Made by a program: the position numbers and the translations under genes
From: Desulfatiglandales bacterium
GTDB taxonomy: Bacteria > Desulfobacterota > DSM-4660 > Desulfatiglandales > Desulfatiglandaceae
Length of the DNA stretch: 64,000 bases
Direction of reading: 5' to 3'
Assembly (NCBI GenBank): GCA_963662465.1
Contig: OY759599.1
Coordinates: 7,552,001-7,616,000, forward strand
Shown here: piece after piece, positions 28,037 to 37,825 of the stretch
How positions within the stretch are numbered: the first letter of the stretch is position 1
How the letters are laid out: every line of letters begins with the position of its first letter
The notes under the pieces: model-generated
The model's input: only the letters and a program-made list of their open reading frames with translations
The model's database searches: none
Told to the model about the DNA's origin: nothing

Positions 28037-29797
28037 ATGAAAAAGAGCTGTATGTGGCTGATTATGGCCGCTGTTTTATTTGTTTTTGGCCCGGCATGGG
28101 CCGGTTCATCTCCAGGCCTCAGCATCACCGGTCTTGTGAAACAGCCTGTGAATCTGTCTTTGGCTGACATTAAACAATATCAATCGATTGAGGTTCAGTT
28201 GAATGAAGTGCTTGAGGACGGCGGTTATCGAGGTGTTTTTGTTTTCCGGGGCATCCCTCTGAAGGCGCTTCTGGAAACCGCTTTTATTCAAAAGGAAGAA
28301 ACGGATTTTAAAAAGCATGTGGACCTTGCCATCGTGGTCAAAAACAAAGAGGGGAAACAGGCTGTCTTGTCTTGGGGCGAGGTGTTTTACAAAAATCCGA
28401 GGATCATCGTGGCGTTTTCCGGGCGGCCCATCATGCCCCACAAGGATTGCAATCGGTGTCATAGCCCGGAAGTATACAAGCCCCGTTTGGACCAGCTATC
28501 CCGTCAAATCGGTTACCCCAAACTCGTGGTTTCAGGCGATGCATACGCGGATCGTTCATTGGATGATATTACGAGCATTCAGGTGGTAGATTTGAAACCG
28601 GAGATGCCGACTGAAAAGTTGGAAATGCTATTTTCTCCGGAATTCGTGGTTGCGGGGGCTGTAAAAAAACCGATGACCGTCACGGATTTTTCAGCTTATC
28701 CGAGAAGGTCCGTCAAGGCAAGGCATCTGGGAGAGGGAAAGGGATATCATGGCATTGATCTGATGGAAGGCGCCTCGCTTAGGTCGGTGCTGAACAAGGC
28801 CGGTATAACGCCTGATGTGAACACCGTGTTTTTGCTGTCGGCCCCTGATGGGTATCGTTGCTTGTTTTCTTATGGTGAAGTATTTCTTGACCCTGCCGGA
28901 GAACGGATGCTTCTGGCGGATCGGATGAATGGTCAACCGATTAAGAAGAATGGAAAATTCTTCTTTGTGCCGCCCGATGATCTGATGGCGGATCGGGATG
29001 TCAAGGCGGTTCAAAAGATTGAAGTTATTTCGGTCAAACAGGACCCGAAGATTTATGTTATCGGTGTGGGATGCGGGGATACGGATCTCATTACCCTGGA
29101 TGCCATTTCCCATATGGCCGGCGCCGACGTTTTTGTATGTCCCCCGGATATCAAAAAACAATTTTCCAAGTATATGGGGAACAAACCGGTGTTGTTGAAC
29201 CTTTACGATTTTGTTCCACCGGTGTTGAGAAAGAAGCATCCGGGCCTTTCTTCCGAAGACCTGGAAACCCTGTTGAAAAAAGAGCAGGCCGGCGCCGCCA
29301 AGGTCATTGGACAGGCTTTAGATGAAGGCAAAACCGTCGCCATTCTGGAATACGGAGATCCCAGCATCTGGAGTGGGTGGCGATGGGCATGGGATTCCTT
29401 CCCCACCGGGACCATCGAGATCATTCCGGGGCTCAGCTCTTTTAATGCGGCAAATGCGCTTATCGGCGAAGACCTTGCGTGCAACGGCGCCATTGTCGTT
29501 GCCACGCCAAGAGGCCTCAGGGAAGATCCCGCCATGGTTAAGGCCATTGCGGAGAAGGGCGAAACCTTATGCATCTTCATGGGCTTGAAAGATGTGGGGG
29601 CGTTGGTCTCTTTCCTTAAACAATGGTATCCGGGAACCATACCCGCCTGCATTGTTTACAAGGCAGGGTATTCCGCCGGCGAAGCAATGGCGAGGACAAC
29701 GCTGGATGGCCTTGCAGACGCCGCAAGCAGTGCCGAAGAAAAATTCCTGGGGTTGATTTATGTGGGTCCGTGTTTGGCCAAAAAGGCCGGAAACTGA
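28037..29797 (+). CDS. Exported fusion: two molybdopterin-oxidoreductase-like domains, CxxCH, and tetrapyrrole (CobM/CbiF-like) methylase domain
   Basis: Signal peptide (AWA); two repeats ITG.V..P...G..L..L...SWGEV/FSYGEV...D...DR; CNRCH; IYVIGVGCGD.DLIT, YGDPSIW, IIPGLSSFNAA. Confidence 0.75.
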   Translation: MKKSCMWLIMAAVLFVFGPAWAGSSPGLSITGLVKQPVNLSLADIKQYQSIEVQLNEVLEDGGYRGVFVFRGIPLKALLETAFIQKEETDFKKHVDLAIVVKNKEGKQAVLSWGEVFYKNPRIIVAFSGRPIMPHKDCNRCHSPEVYKPRLDQLSRQIGYPKLVVSGDAYADRSLDDITSIQVVDLKPEMPTEKLEMLFSPEFVVAGAVKKPMTVTDFSAYPRRSVKARHLGEGKGYHGIDLMEGASLRSVLNKAGITPDVNTVFLLSAPDGYRCLFSYGEVFLDPAGERMLLADRMNGQPIKKNGKFFFVPPDDLMADRDVKAVQKIEVISVKQDPKIYVIGVGCGDTDLITLDAISHMAGADVFVCPPDIKKQFSKYMGNKPVLLNLYDFVPPVLRKKHPGLSSEDLETLLKKEQAGAAKVIGQALDEGKTVAILEYGDPSIWSGWRWAWDSFPTGTIEIIPGLSSFNAANALIGEDLACNGAIVVATPRGLREDPAMVKAIAEKGETLCIFMGLKDVGALVSFLKQWYPGTIPACIVYKAGYSAGEAMARTTLDGLADAASSAEEKFLGLIYVGPCLAKKAGN

Positions 29798-29990
29798 GGT
29801 CGAGTTTAACATCCGTCTCTGATAAGGTGACGGTGTGGTAAACCGAATATTCAGCTGTTAACATAAGGAGGCAGGATCGAAGATGGTTCTGCCTTTTTTT
29901 GTTTTGCCATCATTGTATTTCAAAGACGCTCGGATTGTGGTATGTAGATTGGCAATGAGGATGAAACATAACAGAATATAGGGAGATATC

Positions 29991-30623
29991 ATGACACTGG
30001 ATCGGCCTCTGGTTCTGGCCACAAAAAATAAAGGCAAAATATTAGAATTCAAGGAACTTTTCAGGGATTCTGGTGTTGAAATTAAAACCCTGGATGATTT
30101 CGGGCCCATTCCTCCGGTCATTGAGGATGGCGCCACGTTTGAAGACAACGCAGTCAAAAAAGCGCAATTTACAGCAAGGGTGCTGGGGTTTCCCGCTATT
30201 GCCGATGACTCCGGTTTGACGGTTGCGGCCCTCCAGGGCGCCCCGGGCGTATTTTCTTCACGATATGCCGGGGAGGATGGGGACGATGAAGCCAATAACC
30301 GCAAATTATTGACCGATATGAAAGGCGTGGCGGATCGGGGGGCGGCCTTTGTCTGTGTGCTGGCCATTGCCGTGCCGAGGGGACCGGCCCTGATATATGA
30401 AGGCATTTGCGAGGGTGTGATTGGCGAGACCCCAAAGGGCGACCAGGGGTTTGGCTATGATCCGCTTTTTTACTATCCGCCGCTTGGAAAGACCTTTGCG
30501 CAGCTGACCGGCGAGGAAAAAAACAGGGTCAGTCATCGTGGAAAGGCCATTGGAGAATTGCGCGGGGAGTTGAAGAAGGTGATCCTCTGGTTGAAACAGC
30601 GTTTCTCGGAAGAGCCTTTTTAA
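29991..30623 (+). CDS. rdgB: XTP/dITP diphosphatase
   Basis: ATKNKGK, ADDSGL, GFGYDPLF, SHRGKA. Confidence 0.95.
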   Translation: MTLDRPLVLATKNKGKILEFKELFRDSGVEIKTLDDFGPIPPVIEDGATFEDNAVKKAQFTARVLGFPAIADDSGLTVAALQGAPGVFSSRYAGEDGDDEANNRKLLTDMKGVADRGAAFVCVLAIAVPRGPALIYEGICEGVIGETPKGDQGFGYDPLFYYPPLGKTFAQLTGEEKNRVSHRGKAIGELRGELKKVILWLKQRFSEEPF

Positions 30624-30660
30624 AAAAAACCGTAACCTTTTTCTTTGCGACGGCTCTATA

Positions 30661-30688
30661 TTGACAAAGGGGATATCGTGTATATCCT
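30661..30688 (+). promoter_or_regulatory. Candidate sigma70 promoter
   Basis: TTGACA-N16-TATCCT upstream of SD AGGAGG. Confidence 0.5.
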
Positions 30689-30729
30689 AACACAAATCAA
30701 TTGGCAACAAAGGCTCACAAGGAGGAGAT

Positions 30730-31047
30730 ATGCTGGAAGTAACCGAAAAAGCAAGTGAGATGATCAAGGACTTTCTGAAGGACAGGGAAGAGATACCGGC
30801 CATCCGGATCATGATGTCCCAAGGCGGGTGAAGCGGCCCATCACTGGGAATGGCTCTGGATGAGTCACGAGATGACGATCAGGAATTTGATGACCGCGGT
30901 ATTAAGTTTGTTGTGGAAAACACCCTGTATGATCGGGTAAAACCCATAAAGGTGGACTATGTAACGTCCGCCATGGGCTCCGGTTTCAATATTATGAGCA
31001 ACATGCCGGCAGCGCCGTCTTCGTGCGGTTCCGGTTGCAGTTGCTAG
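30730..31047 (+). CDS. HesB/IscA-like selenoprotein (Sec at codon 34)
   Basis: SD + MLEVTEKA...MSQGG-UGA(30829-30831)-SGPSLGMALDE... in one frame; hairpin at 30851-30867. Confidence 0.9.
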
Positions 31048-31065
31048 GAATGCCGGACAAAAAAT

Positions 31066-31123
31066 AAAACATCCTCTGATTGGCATGTTGTCGAGCATGG
31101 TTCATGACGAGGATGTTTTTTTT
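31066..31123. terminator. Bidirectional terminator-like hairpin
   Basis: aaaacatcctc...gaggatgtttttt between convergent genes. Confidence 0.65.
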
Positions 31124-31127
31124 ACAA

Positions 31128-31565
31128 TCACTTAAAAGCGCCCAGCTGACAGGCGTTTATTTTAATTCCCAGCACTTCGCAGGCGGACGACACCGCCATC
31201 TTTCTCAATCCCAGTTTTTCGGCAATTTCCCATGCCTTTTTGCAGGGCAGTCGGTTGTTTTTGAGCCCTTGCCGAATGCAAGCCTCCAGCTCTTTTGAAA
31301 CCACTTCAGCTGGTTTTACAATCCTTTTATTCGGCTTATACCCGAAAAGTCCCATTTGACATTTTGCCAGGCGAAATTCAAGCAGATCCGTGGTTTGTCC
31401 TATAATTTCCGGCGTCACGCCCAGTTCCGATGCGATTTTAAAGGCTACCGCACAGGGAACTTCGCCCTCTGATGCCTTCTGTTTCAATGCGTTAACCACC
31501 CGGGGATCCGCGTCACTGTTGAAAGGGTGCTTCCTGGCAAAATGCCCATCCGCATCTTTTGGCAT
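31128..31565 (-). CDS. Conserved hypothetical protein with a duplicated Cys-containing domain
   Basis: PCAVAFKIA...CQMGLF and PCKKAWEIA...CQLGAF; SD AGGAGG. Confidence 0.7.
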   Translation of the reverse strand: MPKDADGHFARKHPFNSDADPRVVNALKQKASEGEVPCAVAFKIASELGVTPEIIGQTTDLLEFRLAKCQMGLFGYKPNKRIVKPAEVVSKELEACIRQGLKNNRLPCKKAWEIAEKLGLRKMAVSSACEVLGIKINACQLGAFK

Positions 31566-31721
31566 GTCATGGCCTCCTTGATGTTTTATTTCTAAACTCA
31601 AGAATCCTAAATAACACAGACGCCGAAAAAAAACCAACGAAATGCACCTTTATGGCAGTGTACCCCTTTACAGCCATTTGGAATTGGAGTATCAACTTTC
31701 TAAGCACTTAGGAGGTTTATC

Positions 31722-32384
31722 ATGATCAGAGATAATGTGAAACGGATACTGGCGGAATTGCCTGAAGGGGTTCAACTTGTGGGGGCAGCTAAAACCCGCA
31801 CGGCGGAAGAGGTACGGGAGGCCATCGAGGCGGGCCTTACGATTATCGGGCACAACTATGTGCAGGAAGCGGAAAGGCTTTTTGATGTTGTTCGACAACC
31901 CGTGAAATGTCACTTGATTGGCCACCTTCAGTCCAATAAGGCCAAAAAGGCCGCGGCAATCTTTGACATGATTGAAACCGTGGATTCCATGAAGCTGGCC
32001 AAAGCTATCGATAACGCGTGTAAAGGGTTGAATAAAATCATGCCGATTCTGGTGGAAATCAATAGCGGCGAAGAGGCGCAGAAGGCTGGCGTTATGCCGG
32101 AAAATGCGATCTCATTGCTTCAGGATATTGCTGGGCTGGTTCATGTGAAGGTCGTGGGGTTGATGACCATGGGGCCTTTCAGCGGCGACCCCGAGGAGGC
32201 CCGCCCCTATTTTCGAAAGACCCAAAAGCTTTTTGATGAGATCAGGCGGTTACATCTTGATAAAGTGGATATGTCTCTTCTTTCCATGGGCATGTCCAAT
32301 TCCTATGGGGTCGCCATCGAGGAAGGCGCTAATCTGGTGAGAATTGGTACAAAAATTTTTGGGGAACGCATTTGTCGTGCGTAA
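31722..32384 (+). CDS. yggS: PLP homeostasis protein YggS
   Basis: NYVQEA, HLIGHLQSNKA, LSMGMS, VRIGT.IFG. Confidence 0.95.
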   Translation: MIRDNVKRILAELPEGVQLVGAAKTRTAEEVREAIEAGLTIIGHNYVQEAERLFDVVRQPVKCHLIGHLQSNKAKKAAAIFDMIETVDSMKLAKAIDNACKGLNKIMPILVEINSGEEAQKAGVMPENAISLLQDIAGLVHVKVVGLMTMGPFSGDPEEARPYFRKTQKLFDEIRRLHLDKVDMSLLSMGMSNSYGVAIEEGANLVRIGTKIFGERICRA

Positions 32385-32405
32385 ATTAAAGTTCAGGATA
32401 CTTTT

Positions 32406-33746
32406 ATGACAAAAAAGGCAAATGAACTGATTTCGCAAGGTAAGCGGTTTTTGGGAACGGATATCTGGAGAATCCGTCTTGATGCTATTCCCTGGTGGAA
32501 AGCCCTTTATCTTCGCCCGTTGCGGGTGGTGTTGCTGGCCTTTCGTGCTTTTAATGAAGATCAGTGCATGTTCAGAGCATCGGCCCTGACGTTTTATTCA
32601 CTGTTGTCCATTGTTCCTGTTCTGGCCATGGCCTTTGGCATTGCCAAGGGGTTTGGATTTCAGGAAGCCTTGGAACGTCAGCTTTATCAAAGTTTTTACG
32701 GGCATGATGAAATCATCGAAAAGGTAACCGTGTTCGCCAATACAATGCTTGAGAGTACCCAGGGTGGTCTGATGGCGGGCGTGGGGCTTCTGATTCTCTT
32801 TTGGGCTGTGATTCGTGTGTTGGGAAATGTCGAGAGCGCATTCAATCATATTTTGAATTTTCCCAGATCCAGGAGCGTGGGAAGAAAAATCAGCGATTAT
32901 ATGGCGACCATGCTTATTTGTACGATCCTGTTGGTTTTGTCAAGCACCCTCACCGTTGTCATTAAGAGTCACGTCACAAGTGCGGTTCAATCCTTTTCCA
33001 TCCTGGGATCTGTGAGTCCGGCCATTTTCTTTTTGATGAAATTGCTTCCCTACTGCGCCCTATGGCTTCTTTTTATGGTCCTTTATATGTTTTTGCCAAA
33101 CGGAAAAATCAGTGTGAAACTTGGTCTGCCGGCCGCTATTGCCGCAGGTACGCTGTTTCAATTGTTTCAATGGGCGTATCTCTCATTTCAGTTTGGCGTG
33201 ACCAAATACAATGCCATCTATGGCAGTTTCGCGGCGCTTCCCCTTTTTCTCGTTTGGTTGCAAATGAGCTGGTTGATTGTGTTGCTGGGTGCTGAATTGA
33301 TGTTCTCTATTCAAAACGAACGGGCTTATGAGTTTGCACCGGATTGTTCGCGGATTAGTTACCGGCTGAAAAAAACCATTATGCTGCAGGTGGTTCACTT
33401 CCTTGTGAAAAGTTTTTGTCGCGGTGCCCCTCCCGTTACGTTAACCCGGATTGTGGGTGAACTTAAAGTGCCGCAATCCCTTGCGGAGAAAATTCTGGAG
33501 GAAACGACGGCGGCAGGCATTGTTTCGGAAATCTGTTCTAAGAAAGGAGGCGATCGGGCTTATCAGCCAGGCCGGGATGTGAGTCTGTTTACCGTAAAAT
33601 ATGTCATTGATCAGTTTGAACAGCAGGGATTAAACGATGTTCCCATGCTTTCAGGTCCCGATTTTGAAAAAATCAAGGAGAGCATGGACCGATTGGATGA
33701 GGTTGCTGCAAAGGCTTCGGTAAATGTATTATTAAAAGAAGTTTGA
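32406..33746 (+). CDS. YihY/virulence factor BrkB family membrane protein
   Basis: ASALTFYSLLSIVP, YNAIYGSFAALP.FL.W. Confidence 0.9.
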   Translation: MTKKANELISQGKRFLGTDIWRIRLDAIPWWKALYLRPLRVVLLAFRAFNEDQCMFRASALTFYSLLSIVPVLAMAFGIAKGFGFQEALERQLYQSFYGHDEIIEKVTVFANTMLESTQGGLMAGVGLLILFWAVIRVLGNVESAFNHILNFPRSRSVGRKISDYMATMLICTILLVLSSTLTVVIKSHVTSAVQSFSILGSVSPAIFFLMKLLPYCALWLLFMVLYMFLPNGKISVKLGLPAAIAAGTLFQLFQWAYLSFQFGVTKYNAIYGSFAALPLFLVWLQMSWLIVLLGAELMFSIQNERAYEFAPDCSRISYRLKKTIMLQVVHFLVKSFCRGAPPVTLTRIVGELKVPQSLAEKILEETTAAGIVSEICSKKGGDRAYQPGRDVSLFTVKYVIDQFEQQGLNDVPMLSGPDFEKIKESMDRLDEVAAKASVNVLLKEV

Positions 33747-33888
33747 TTTTAATTGAACCAATGCCCCAAATCGTTTTAATATTGCGCATCCTTGAATCCT
33801 TTAGCGTTTCTTCCTAAATATGGTTAGATTGGCACTGAAGAATGGTTTCCAGATGGTGTGATGTACTCATTTGGTCGGGAGTCGGTGA

Positions 33889-35463
33889 ATGGATAAGAAA
33901 ATGATTCTTGTGGTGGATGATGATGTCAATACCGGCAATATCCTCAAGGAGGCCATCGGGTCTTTCGGCCACGACTGTCGAACAGCGAGTGACGGTTTTG
34001 AAGCGCTGGAATTGATTAGGAACAAGATATTTTCCGCAGCCATTTGTGATATCCGAATGCCGGGAATGAATGGTCTGGAGGTGATGGCGGAGGCCCGCAA
34101 AATAGCTCCTGATGTGTCCTTTATTGTCATTACCGGTTTCAGCCATGAATATGTTTATGATCAGATTATCGAAGCCGGCGCCAGTGATTTTATTCAGAAG
34201 CCCATCAAGCTTGCCGAACTCAAAATTAAGCTTGACCGTGTTTTGGATGAACGGTTGCTGCTGCAAAAGAACAAGGATTTGCTCGAAAGAGCGCATTCCC
34301 TGAATGAGCGGTTGACCAGTCTTTTGGACATGGCTCGGGAACTCAGCATGGAACTCGATTTTGACAGCTTGTTCCCTCTGATTATCAGAAAAGTGACTGA
34401 AGCTGTGGGCGCTGAACGGACCAGCCTTTATCTCATCGATTGGGAGCGGGGAGAAATTTGGACCAAGGTTGCTGAACAGTTCAAGAAAATCCGCCTTCCC
34501 ATAGGACAGGGCATAAGCGGTCGAGTGGCGGAGACCGGTGAGATCATCAACGTGGTGGATGCCTGGGACCTTCCCTATTTTGACAGGAGTTTTGACCAGA
34601 ACTCTGATTTTCATACACGGTCCGTGCTTTGTATGCCCATATCGAACCGTCAGGGAGAGAGGATTGCGGTCATCCAGGCTATCAACAAAGCCGGGAGGGG
34701 ACGCTTTGGCAAAGATGACATGCAGCTGTTAAAGTCCCTTTCCGGTTTTGTGGCCATTGCGCTCGAAAACTCATTTTTAATTGAGGAGCTGGAAAGCTCT
34801 TTTGAGGGCGCCATCAGTACCTTGGCGGCAACGGTTGATGCCAGGCATCCTCTCACGGCGGGTCACTCGGAGCGGGTGACGGAATATGCCCTTGCCCTTG
34901 CAAGGGAGATGAACCTGGATGAAAACGCACTGAAAGAGATAAAATATGCCGGTTTGTTGCATGATATTGGAAAAATCGGTATTAAAGACGCCGTATTGCT
35001 CAAGAAGGGTTGTTTTACCGAAGAAGAACGGTTTGAGATGAAGGACCATGCAAAGAAGACCCTTGTGATCCTGGAAAAATTTCATTTTTCAAAACAGTTG
35101 CGTAACGTTCCCGTTGTGGCGGCCTATCATCACGAAAAGGTGAACGGCCGGGGCTATCCATTTGGTTTAACCGGGGACCAACTGCCGCTGGCATCCAAGA
35201 TCCTGGCTGTGGCGGACGTCTTTGATGCGTTGACGTCGCGTAGGGATTATCCCAAGTATGTTGACAATCAGACGTTGGGATTTGAACAGATGCCCTTTGA
35301 AAAAGTAGTGGGTGTTTTGAAGGAGGGTCGCGGTAGCCATTTTGATCCGGAAGTGGTAGACGTTTTTTTCCGATGCATGCCGACGGTACTTCGTCATTAT
35401 CGGGGAAATTATTTTCCCATCGCCTATGTTGACGGCGCCATTGCTTTTCTTGAGAGGGGGTAA
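33889..35463 (+). CDS. REC-GAF-HD-GYP c-di-GMP phosphodiesterase
   Basis: VVDDD, D.RMPGMNG, GAF (GISG.VA, INK), LHDIGK, HHEK.NG.GYP. Confidence 0.9.
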   Translation: MDKKMILVVDDDVNTGNILKEAIGSFGHDCRTASDGFEALELIRNKIFSAAICDIRMPGMNGLEVMAEARKIAPDVSFIVITGFSHEYVYDQIIEAGASDFIQKPIKLAELKIKLDRVLDERLLLQKNKDLLERAHSLNERLTSLLDMARELSMELDFDSLFPLIIRKVTEAVGAERTSLYLIDWERGEIWTKVAEQFKKIRLPIGQGISGRVAETGEIINVVDAWDLPYFDRSFDQNSDFHTRSVLCMPISNRQGERIAVIQAINKAGRGRFGKDDMQLLKSLSGFVAIALENSFLIEELESSFEGAISTLAATVDARHPLTAGHSERVTEYALALAREMNLDENALKEIKYAGLLHDIGKIGIKDAVLLKKGCFTEEERFEMKDHAKKTLVILEKFHFSKQLRNVPVVAAYHHEKVNGRGYPFGLTGDQLPLASKILAVADVFDALTSRRDYPKYVDNQTLGFEQMPFEKVVGVLKEGRGSHFDPEVVDVFFRCMPTVLRHYRGNYFPIAYVDGAIAFLERG

Positions 35464-35589
35464 AACCGAACAACGCAAGTCAGACCCTGAAAGAATTGAA
35501 AACATCTGTCGGGTATGTAAGTGAGGCCATCAGGGGTTTTGCCGACAGTTTGGCGCGAAAGGGTTTGATGTTCAATCAGAGACAAGGAG

Positions 35590-36027
35590 ATGGAAATGAG
35601 AAAAAGAATTTTTGTAAGCCTCATGGCGTTTTTGCTGGTGATCCTTTGCGGCTTTCATGTCCATGCGGTGCCGGTTCCCTTGATTACGGAGGCTCAGAAA
35701 GAACAGAGCATCAAGACCATCATGGACTCCGGAGAAGTGGTTAAAGCGACCATTTCGCAGAAGGGCCGTGTGGTGTCTCTTGCCATTATCGCGGATGCGG
35801 GAATATTGGAGATGGATGCGGCGTCATTGGCCCGAAGTTTTGTAAGGGCTGTCAAAATATTCAGCCCGGATATTTACCAGGGTGAAGAGGACCTCGGGAT
35901 CGGAATATACGACTACCGGGTGACGGTTAGGGATGCGGGTGAAAAAGGACTCCTGGCGGCCGGCGAGAAGCCGGCGGAACAATCGGATATGGTGTGGACG
36001 TTGCCTGCGCCGGGAAAAAGCGACTGA
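35590..36027 (+). CDS. Hypothetical exported protein
   Basis: SD AGGAG and a signal-peptide-like N-terminus. Confidence 0.6.
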   Translation: MEMRKRIFVSLMAFLLVILCGFHVHAVPVPLITEAQKEQSIKTIMDSGEVVKATISQKGRVVSLAIIADAGILEMDAASLARSFVRAVKIFSPDIYQGEEDLGIGIYDYRVTVRDAGEKGLLAAGEKPAEQSDMVWTLPAPGKSD

Positions 36028-36060
36028 TATTGCGGTTTGGATCGTTGTTAAGGAGGTTGT

Positions 36061-36627
36061 ATGAAACAGATCATCATGGCAACTTTTGTTGTTGTAACGC
36101 TGGTGTTGTTATTAATTCCATTGGCTCGTGCAGGGTGGAACCCGGAAAAAACAGAAATTGCCGAAAATCAAAATATTCAGGATTACGAAGTAGCGCAAGC
36201 CATTGCTGATTTCAAAAACAGTGATCCCAGCATGAAGGCCTTTTTTGAAAAGGCCTATGGGTTTGCCATATTCCCATCTGTAGGAAAAGGCGGTTTGGGT
36301 ATCGGAGGTGCTTATGGGAAAGGAAAAGTTTATAGCGAGGGAGTCCTGAACGGTACATCAAGTCTGGTGCAAATTACCTTTGGTTTGCAGTTGGGGGGGC
36401 AGGTGTACCGTGAAATCATTTTTTTCGAAGATAAAAGTACACTTGATCTTTTCAAATTCGGAAATTATGAATTCGGCGCCCAGGTATCCGCTGTGGCCGC
36501 AACCTCGGGCGTATCCGCCAATACGGATTATAATAACGGCGTTGCTATCTTTACGATAGCCAAGGGCGGATTAATGTTTGAAGCTTCCGTGGGAGGACAG
36601 AAGTTTCATTTTGAGTCTCTCAATTGA
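36061..36627 (+). CDS. Ysc84/SYLF lipid-binding domain protein
   Basis: IFP.VGKGG..IGG.YG.G, GLQLGGQ, GGLMFEASVGGQKF. Confidence 0.85.
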   Translation: MKQIIMATFVVVTLVLLLIPLARAGWNPEKTEIAENQNIQDYEVAQAIADFKNSDPSMKAFFEKAYGFAIFPSVGKGGLGIGGAYGKGKVYSEGVLNGTSSLVQITFGLQLGGQVYREIIFFEDKSTLDLFKFGNYEFGAQVSAVAATSGVSANTDYNNGVAIFTIAKGGLMFEASVGGQKFHFESLN

Positions 36628-36828
36628 AGTTTATATCATGTTGCCCAGCCCGAAGAACCTGAAATAAAGGGCCGTCAGTAGTTTATTTTGTTCCCCGGTC
36701 TTTACGGGTTGACAATGGCGCCCCCACACTTCTAAAATCAATTCTTGACAGGGACTTCATCAACCGATCGCCTTCATGGGTGGGTTTAACCATCGGGGGG
36801 ATATATTTAAGGGGGGAATTCATAAACC

Positions 36829-37788
36829 ATGGCGGAAACACACGCAGACAACGGGAAGAAGCATCGGGGACTGCTGGTCGGAATATTGGTTCTGATTCTG
36901 GTCATTTTTACGATTGTTGTGATGAGCATTAACTCAAAAAAACCGGAGCCGTTGGGGAAAATTGAATTTGATGCCAAAGTCAAGGGCGCGGCCTTTGTCA
37001 GGACCAATCAGATGCTCATTCAGCAGATGTTTGAGAACTGGTTGCCCAATGATATTTATTGGCCAACGGTTTTTCTCGACAATATGCCCAGTTTTCAGAT
37101 CGGCGAACTGGAAGTGGTGCGCTACAATGTTCACGTTTTGAGGGACAATCTTTCCCGAATGAGAACCACTGACAAAATTGATGTTCGGGTCGAGGAGGCT
37201 TTCACGGCCCTTTCCAATGATCCCCACAAATGGTGGTTTCCATCGGCAGAGAAAAAATGGAAAGACGCCTATCATGATTTGGAGGTGTACTACCAGAATC
37301 TGGTGAGTGGCCGGAGCCAATTTTATCCCAGGGGCGACAATCTCGTTGAACTCCTGGATGATTATGCGTCTCTCATGGGGGGCGTGAATACGCGTCTGGT
37401 CAATGCGCCCCAGCGCAGCGGATATGTTCTTCCCGTGGATGCCGGGGATAAGAAAATTGGAAAGGCGGCGTCATCTCTGGTGCCGATCAATATTTCATGG
37501 CGTCATATTGATGACAATTTTTATTATGCTCAGGGGGTGGCTTACGGTCTTTACGAATCTTTCAAGGCCATTCGGGTTGATTTCCAGAAGGTCCTGAAAG
37601 AAAAAAGCGCCATGACCCTGGTGGATAAGATCATTGAGAACCTGGAGCGGTGCTATTTTGAGCCCTGGATCGTGTTTAACGGGTCGTCGCACAGTGTTTT
37701 CGCCAATCATTCCTTGAACCTGTCGGGTGTTTTTAACGATGCCAGACAAAAAATCGATTCCCTGTCAATATCATTGCGGCAGGGTTGA
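36829..37788 (+). CDS. DUF2333 family protein
   Basis: LDNMPSFQIG, FYPRGDNL, IDDNFY, FANHS. Confidence 0.8.
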   Translation: MAETHADNGKKHRGLLVGILVLILVIFTIVVMSINSKKPEPLGKIEFDAKVKGAAFVRTNQMLIQQMFENWLPNDIYWPTVFLDNMPSFQIGELEVVRYNVHVLRDNLSRMRTTDKIDVRVEEAFTALSNDPHKWWFPSAEKKWKDAYHDLEVYYQNLVSGRSQFYPRGDNLVELLDDYASLMGGVNTRLVNAPQRSGYVLPVDAGDKKIGKAASSLVPINISWRHIDDNFYYAQGVAYGLYESFKAIRVDFQKVLKEKSAMTLVDKIIENLERCYFEPWIVFNGSSHSVFANHSLNLSGVFNDARQKIDSLSISLRQG

Positions 37789-37825
37789 TCCGGTGTCTGT
37801 TTTAGAGGAGTGAAGCGAATCCCTC

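Noticed and set aside
33814..34614. Long antisense ORFs (also 3736-4482, 8783-9391, 42312-43040, 56631-57248)
   Set aside because: Shadow frames opposite well-supported genes, with no recognisable motifs.
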